64,000 nt of DNA from Anaeromyxobacteraceae bacterium (GTDB lineage: Bacteria > Myxococcota > Myxococcia > Myxococcales > Anaeromyxobacteraceae): assembly GCA_032654565.1 (NCBI GenBank), contig JAULAX010000010.1, forward strand, positions 192,001 to 256,000. The letters run 5' to 3'. Positions 58,807-64,000 of the stretch are shown here, piece by piece. Position 1 is the stretch's first letter, and every line of letters starts with the position of its first letter. The position numbers were made by a program, and so were the translations under genes. The notes below the pieces were generated by a model. It made no database searches. It was not told where the DNA came from and saw only the letters and a list, made by a program, of their open reading frames with translations.

Positions 58807-59727
58807 ATGGCCAGGGCCAAGCGCGACTTCCTCCGCATCACCGACCTCGACCGCGGGGGGCTGCTCGAGCTGGTCGAGCGGGCCGCCGAGTGGAAGCTCC
58901 TCGGCCGCAAGGGGCCCCGTCCGCTGGAGGGCATGACCATCGGCCTGGTCTTCGAGAAGGCCTCCACCCGCACCCGGGTCTCCTTCGAGGTGGCGGCCGG
59001 ACAGCTCGGCGGCGGCGCCGTCTTCCTCTCGCCGCGCGACACCCAGCTCGGGCGAGGCGAGCCCATCCAGGACACCGCCCGGGTGCTGGCCCGCTACCTC
59101 GACGCCCTGGTGGTCCGCACCTTCGAGCACGAGAAGCTGGCCCAGATCGCCCACCACGCCCGCATCCCGGTCATCAACGCCCTCACCGACGACTCCCACC
59201 CGTGCCAGGTGCTGGCCGACCTGCTCACCACCGCCGAGCGCTTCGGCGCCGAGGCGCTGCAGCGGCCCGGGCTGCGGGTGGCCTGGATCGGCGACGGCAA
59301 CAACATGGCCAACAGCTGGCTGGAGGCCTGCGCCCTGCTCGGCTTCGAGCTGCTGCTGGCCTGCCCGTCGGGCTACGATCCGGACGCGGCGCTGCTGGCC
59401 CGCTGCGCCGGCCGGGCCCGGGTGGTCCGCTCGCCGGCCGAGGCCGCCGCCGGCGCCCACGTCATCAACACCGACGTCTGGGCGTCGATGGGGCAGGAGG
59501 CCGAGCAGGCCCGGCGGCAGCGCGACTTCGCCGGCTTCATCGTCGACGAGGCGCTGGTGGCCCGGGCCCGCCCCGAGGTCATCGTGCTCCACTGCCTGCC
59601 GGCGCACCGCGGCGAGGAGATCAGCGAGGGGGTCCTGGAGGGGCCCCGCTCCGCGGTCTTCGACCAGGCCGAGAACCGCCTCCATGTCCAGAAGGCCCTG
59701 CTGGAGTCGCTGCTGGGCGGCGATTGA
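58807..59727 (+). CDS. argF: ornithine carbamoyltransferase
   Basis: FEKASTRT, HPCQ, GDGNN, TDVWASMG, HCLP, QAENR. Confidence 0.96.
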   Translation: MARAKRDFLRITDLDRGGLLELVERAAEWKLLGRKGPRPLEGMTIGLVFEKASTRTRVSFEVAAGQLGGGAVFLSPRDTQLGRGEPIQDTARVLARYLDALVVRTFEHEKLAQIAHHARIPVINALTDDSHPCQVLADLLTTAERFGAEALQRPGLRVAWIGDGNNMANSWLEACALLGFELLLACPSGYDPDAALLARCAGRARVVRSPAEAAAGAHVINTDVWASMGQEAEQARRQRDFAGFIVDEALVARARPEVIVLHCLPAHRGEEISEGVLEGPRSAVFDQAENRLHVQKALLESLLGGD

Positions 59728-59801
59728 CCGGTGCTGCTCCTGATGGCTACATTCATCGTCCTTCATCAGGCGAGGCCCAGCAGCGCGCGGGAGCACCAAG
59801 A

Positions 59802-60763
59802 GTGAGTGGAGATCGGTACCAGGACCACCTCTTCAACCCGGCGGATCTCGCCGAAGTGGTGGACCTCGACCTCGACCGGCGCAAGACCATCCTCTTCGCC
59901 GAAGCCCACCTGGCCGAGTGGACCCACTGGCAGGTGCTCGGCCTCACCTGGAACGCCAGCGTCGACGAGGTCCGCGCCGCCTACATCGAGCAGGTGAAGG
60001 TCTTCCACCCCGATCGCTACCCCGGCAAGAAGCTGGGGACCTTCCGGTCGCGGCTGGAGCGGGTCTTCCGACGGATCACCGAGGCTCGCGACGTGCTCGC
60101 CTCGAGCACCGCGCGCGACGAGTACGTCCTGGCCACCGCGCCGGCGCTGGAGCGCACCCGCATCGAGGCGCGGCGCCTGGAGGACGAGCGTCGGGCCGTG
60201 GAGCGGCGCGGCCGGCTGGGCCGGCAGAACCCGCTGCTGGCCCGGGCCGAGCGCATCTCCGAGCTCATGAAGCACGGCCGGGCGCTGATGGCGGCGGGGA
60301 ACTTCGCCCAGGCCAGCAACGACTTCCAGCTGGTCTCCAGCCTCGATCCCAGCCACGCCGAGGCCAGCGCCCTGGCGCTGGAGGCCCGGCGCAAGGGGGC
60401 CGCGGTCCGGGCGGCCGAGTGCGTCGAGAAGGGGCACGCCGCCGAGGCCCTGGGGAGCTGGCAGGGGGCCCTGGCCGCCTACCGCGCGGCGCTGGAGATC
60501 GAACCCGCCAACCCCCGCACCCTGATCCTCGCCAGCCGCGCCGCCGGCGAGGTGGGTGACGCCGCCGCCGCCCGCGACTTCGCCGAGCAGGCCGTCAAGG
60601 CGCAGCCGCGGAACGCCGCGGCCCACGAGGCCCTGGGGCTGGCGCTGGAGTCGGCCGGCAAGCGCTCCGACGCCCGCAAGGCGCTGGAGCGGGCCGTGGA
60701 GATCGACCCGCGGCTGGAGTCCGCCAAGGAGCGGCTCAAGAGGCTGCGCTGGAGCTTCCTCGG

Positions 60764-60767
<4 letters not shown>
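59802..60767 (+). CDS. J-domain (HPD) + TPR protein
   Basis: WQVLGL..AS..EVRAAY....KVFHPDRY...F.RI.EA..VL, then TPRs. Corresponds to the 3' part of track ORF 57588..60767. Confidence 0.85.
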
Positions 60768-62629
<1,862 letters not shown>

Positions 62630-62632
62630 CCC

Positions 62633-63640
62633 ATGGCGACCGCCCAGGAGATGGTGGAGCAGGGGATCAGGGCCTACGTCGAGGGGCGCCTCGACGAGTC
62701 GCGCCGCCTGCTCGAGGAGGCGCTGCGGGTCGATCCCTCCAACTCCCGCGCCCGCTCCTACCTGCTGCTGCTGCCGGGCGGGCTGGAGGCGGAGCCGGAC
62801 CTCAGGCCGCGGGCCCGGCCGGCGGCGTCCACCCCCCCCCCGGCGCCACGCGCCACGCCGGTGCCGTTCCCGGCGGTCGCCGCGGTCGCGCCGTCACCGT
62901 CACCACGCCTCACCCCCGTCCCGTCCTCGGCGATCTCCGCGGCCTCCCTGGCCGCCGCGTCCCCCTCGCCGGCCCTGGTCGCGGCACCACCTGCGCCGGC
63001 CCCGACGCCGCCCCAGGCAGACCCGGCGCCACCGCCCCCGGAGGCCGTCGCCGCCCCGGCTCCCGCCCCGCTCCCCCCGGCGCTCACCCCGCCCCCCGCT
63101 TCCGTGGAGCTGGAGTACGCCCCGTCGCCGTGGGACGACGGCCCGGCCTCGGCGCCGGTCATCCTGCTCGGCAGCGACGGCGGGCTCGACCTCGGGGCGG
63201 TGGCCGAGAAGTCGGACCTCCGCACCCTGGTCCCCCGGGCGGCCCGCCCCACCACGCCGCAGGAGGACGCGGCCGTCTGGATGACCGCCGCCAAGGACCT
63301 GCTGGCGCTGGGCGACTTCTCCGGCTCGCTGGAGATGATCGAGAAGATCCTCAAGGTCGACCCGGAGCACGCCGAGGCCCGCGAGTACCTGCGCCAGAAC
63401 GAGACCACGCTGGTGGCGATGTACGAGTCCAAGCTCGGCCCGCTGGGCCGGGTCCCCCGGCTGGCCATCAAGCCGGAGGAGATCATGTGGCTCAACCTGG
63501 ACCACCGGGCCGGGTTCCTGCTCTCGCAGATCGACGGGACGGTCGACTACGAGAACCTCTTCGCGCTCTCCGGCCTGCCTCGCCTCGACACCGCCCGCAT
63601 CCTGGCGGCGCTGCTGCTCGACGGCGTCATCGCCGCCTGA
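62633..63640 (+). CDS. hypothetical protein (TPR, Pro/Ala-rich linker, TPR plus small C-terminal domain)
   Basis: N-terminal TPR-like helix pair, low-complexity middle region, C-terminal WLNLDHRAGFLLSQIDG. Confidence 0.75.
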   Translation: MATAQEMVEQGIRAYVEGRLDESRRLLEEALRVDPSNSRARSYLLLLPGGLEAEPDLRPRARPAASTPPPAPRATPVPFPAVAAVAPSPSPRLTPVPSSAISAASLAAASPSPALVAAPPAPAPTPPQADPAPPPPEAVAAPAPAPLPPALTPPPASVELEYAPSPWDDGPASAPVILLGSDGGLDLGAVAEKSDLRTLVPRAARPTTPQEDAAVWMTAAKDLLALGDFSGSLEMIEKILKVDPEHAEAREYLRQNETTLVAMYESKLGPLGRVPRLAIKPEEIMWLNLDHRAGFLLSQIDGTVDYENLFALSGLPRLDTARILAALLLDGVIAA

Positions 63641-63723
63641 GCCCACCCCGAGGTCGGCCGCGCCGGCGCTGCGCCCGGCCGCGACCGAGCCGCGCCCGGC
63701 CGGGCCCGGCCCCGACGGCCCGG

Positions 63724-64000
63724 TCAGTTCCGGATCACCGCGCCCCAGGTGCCGCGCACCACCAGCTCGCCGTGCTGGTTCACCGACTCGGTGGTCACCT
63801 CGATGAAGTCGAGCGGGCCGCGCTCCTGCAGGCGGGTGATCTCGCCGGTGGTCTGGATCACGTCCCCGGCCCGCACCGCGCCGAGGAGCTCCAGCTCCTG
63901 GCTGTTGTGGAGCAGCCGCAGCACGTTGAGCCCCAGCGCCGGGTCCTTGCAGGCGAAGGAGAAGGGCTGGATGGCGAAGAGGGTGGCGAAGCCGGGCGGG
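63724..64000 (-). CDS. MaoC/hotdog-fold dehydratase-like protein (5' end outside window)
   Basis: PPGFATLF...LGLNVLRLLHNSQELEL...VRAGDVI...N.HGELVV. Confidence 0.7.
   Translation of the reverse strand, partial: PPGFATLFAIQPFSFACKDPALGLNVLRLLHNSQELELLGAVRAGDVIQTTGEITRLQERGPLDFIEVTTESVNQHGELVVRGTWGAVIRN

Noticed and set aside
62800..63110. Tandem DNA repeat in the Pro/Ala-rich stretch
   Set aside because: Low-complexity protein linker with no regular nucleotide period.

Overview
Very GC-rich chromosomal window from a Myxococcota bacterium, most likely Anaeromyxobacter-like. This is inferred from gene content and synteny, not from a database search. Most of the window is core genome, in this order: yceD-rpmF-plsX-fabH-fabD-fabG-acpP-fabF, rpiB-glyA-nrdR-ribD-ribE-ribBA-ribH-nusB, a chemosensory cluster without a receptor or CheY, asnS/leuS, lptE, rpsT, mazG, phoH-HD hydrolase-ybeY-lnt-prfB (programmed +1 frameshift), a PilT paralog, a MoxR ATPase, a short AglZ homolog, pgeF, tsaP-dprA-topA, a TolQ/ExbD-ExbD motor, a DksA-like gene, trmFO, an AglU-like lipoprotein, xerC, argD-argF and a J-domain/Hsp70 pair. 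The main candidate system is a stand-alone HUH/Y1 (RAYT-like) nuclease at 55246-56148. It sits behind a sigma54-type promoter and is bracketed by inverted copies of a CCNGTCCSRGAGTARTT motif, each followed by a hairpin. Two more copies of the motif lie 8-11 kb away, and in two cases the motif supplies the stop codon of a host gene. Other notable items are a type IA topoisomerase with large in-frame deletions, a sigma54 promoter-sORF/sRNA-terminator unit upstream of pilT, and a recurrent TAnnnT motif 7-12 nt before start codons that suggests leaderless mRNAs. All family calls come from motif recognition by eye.
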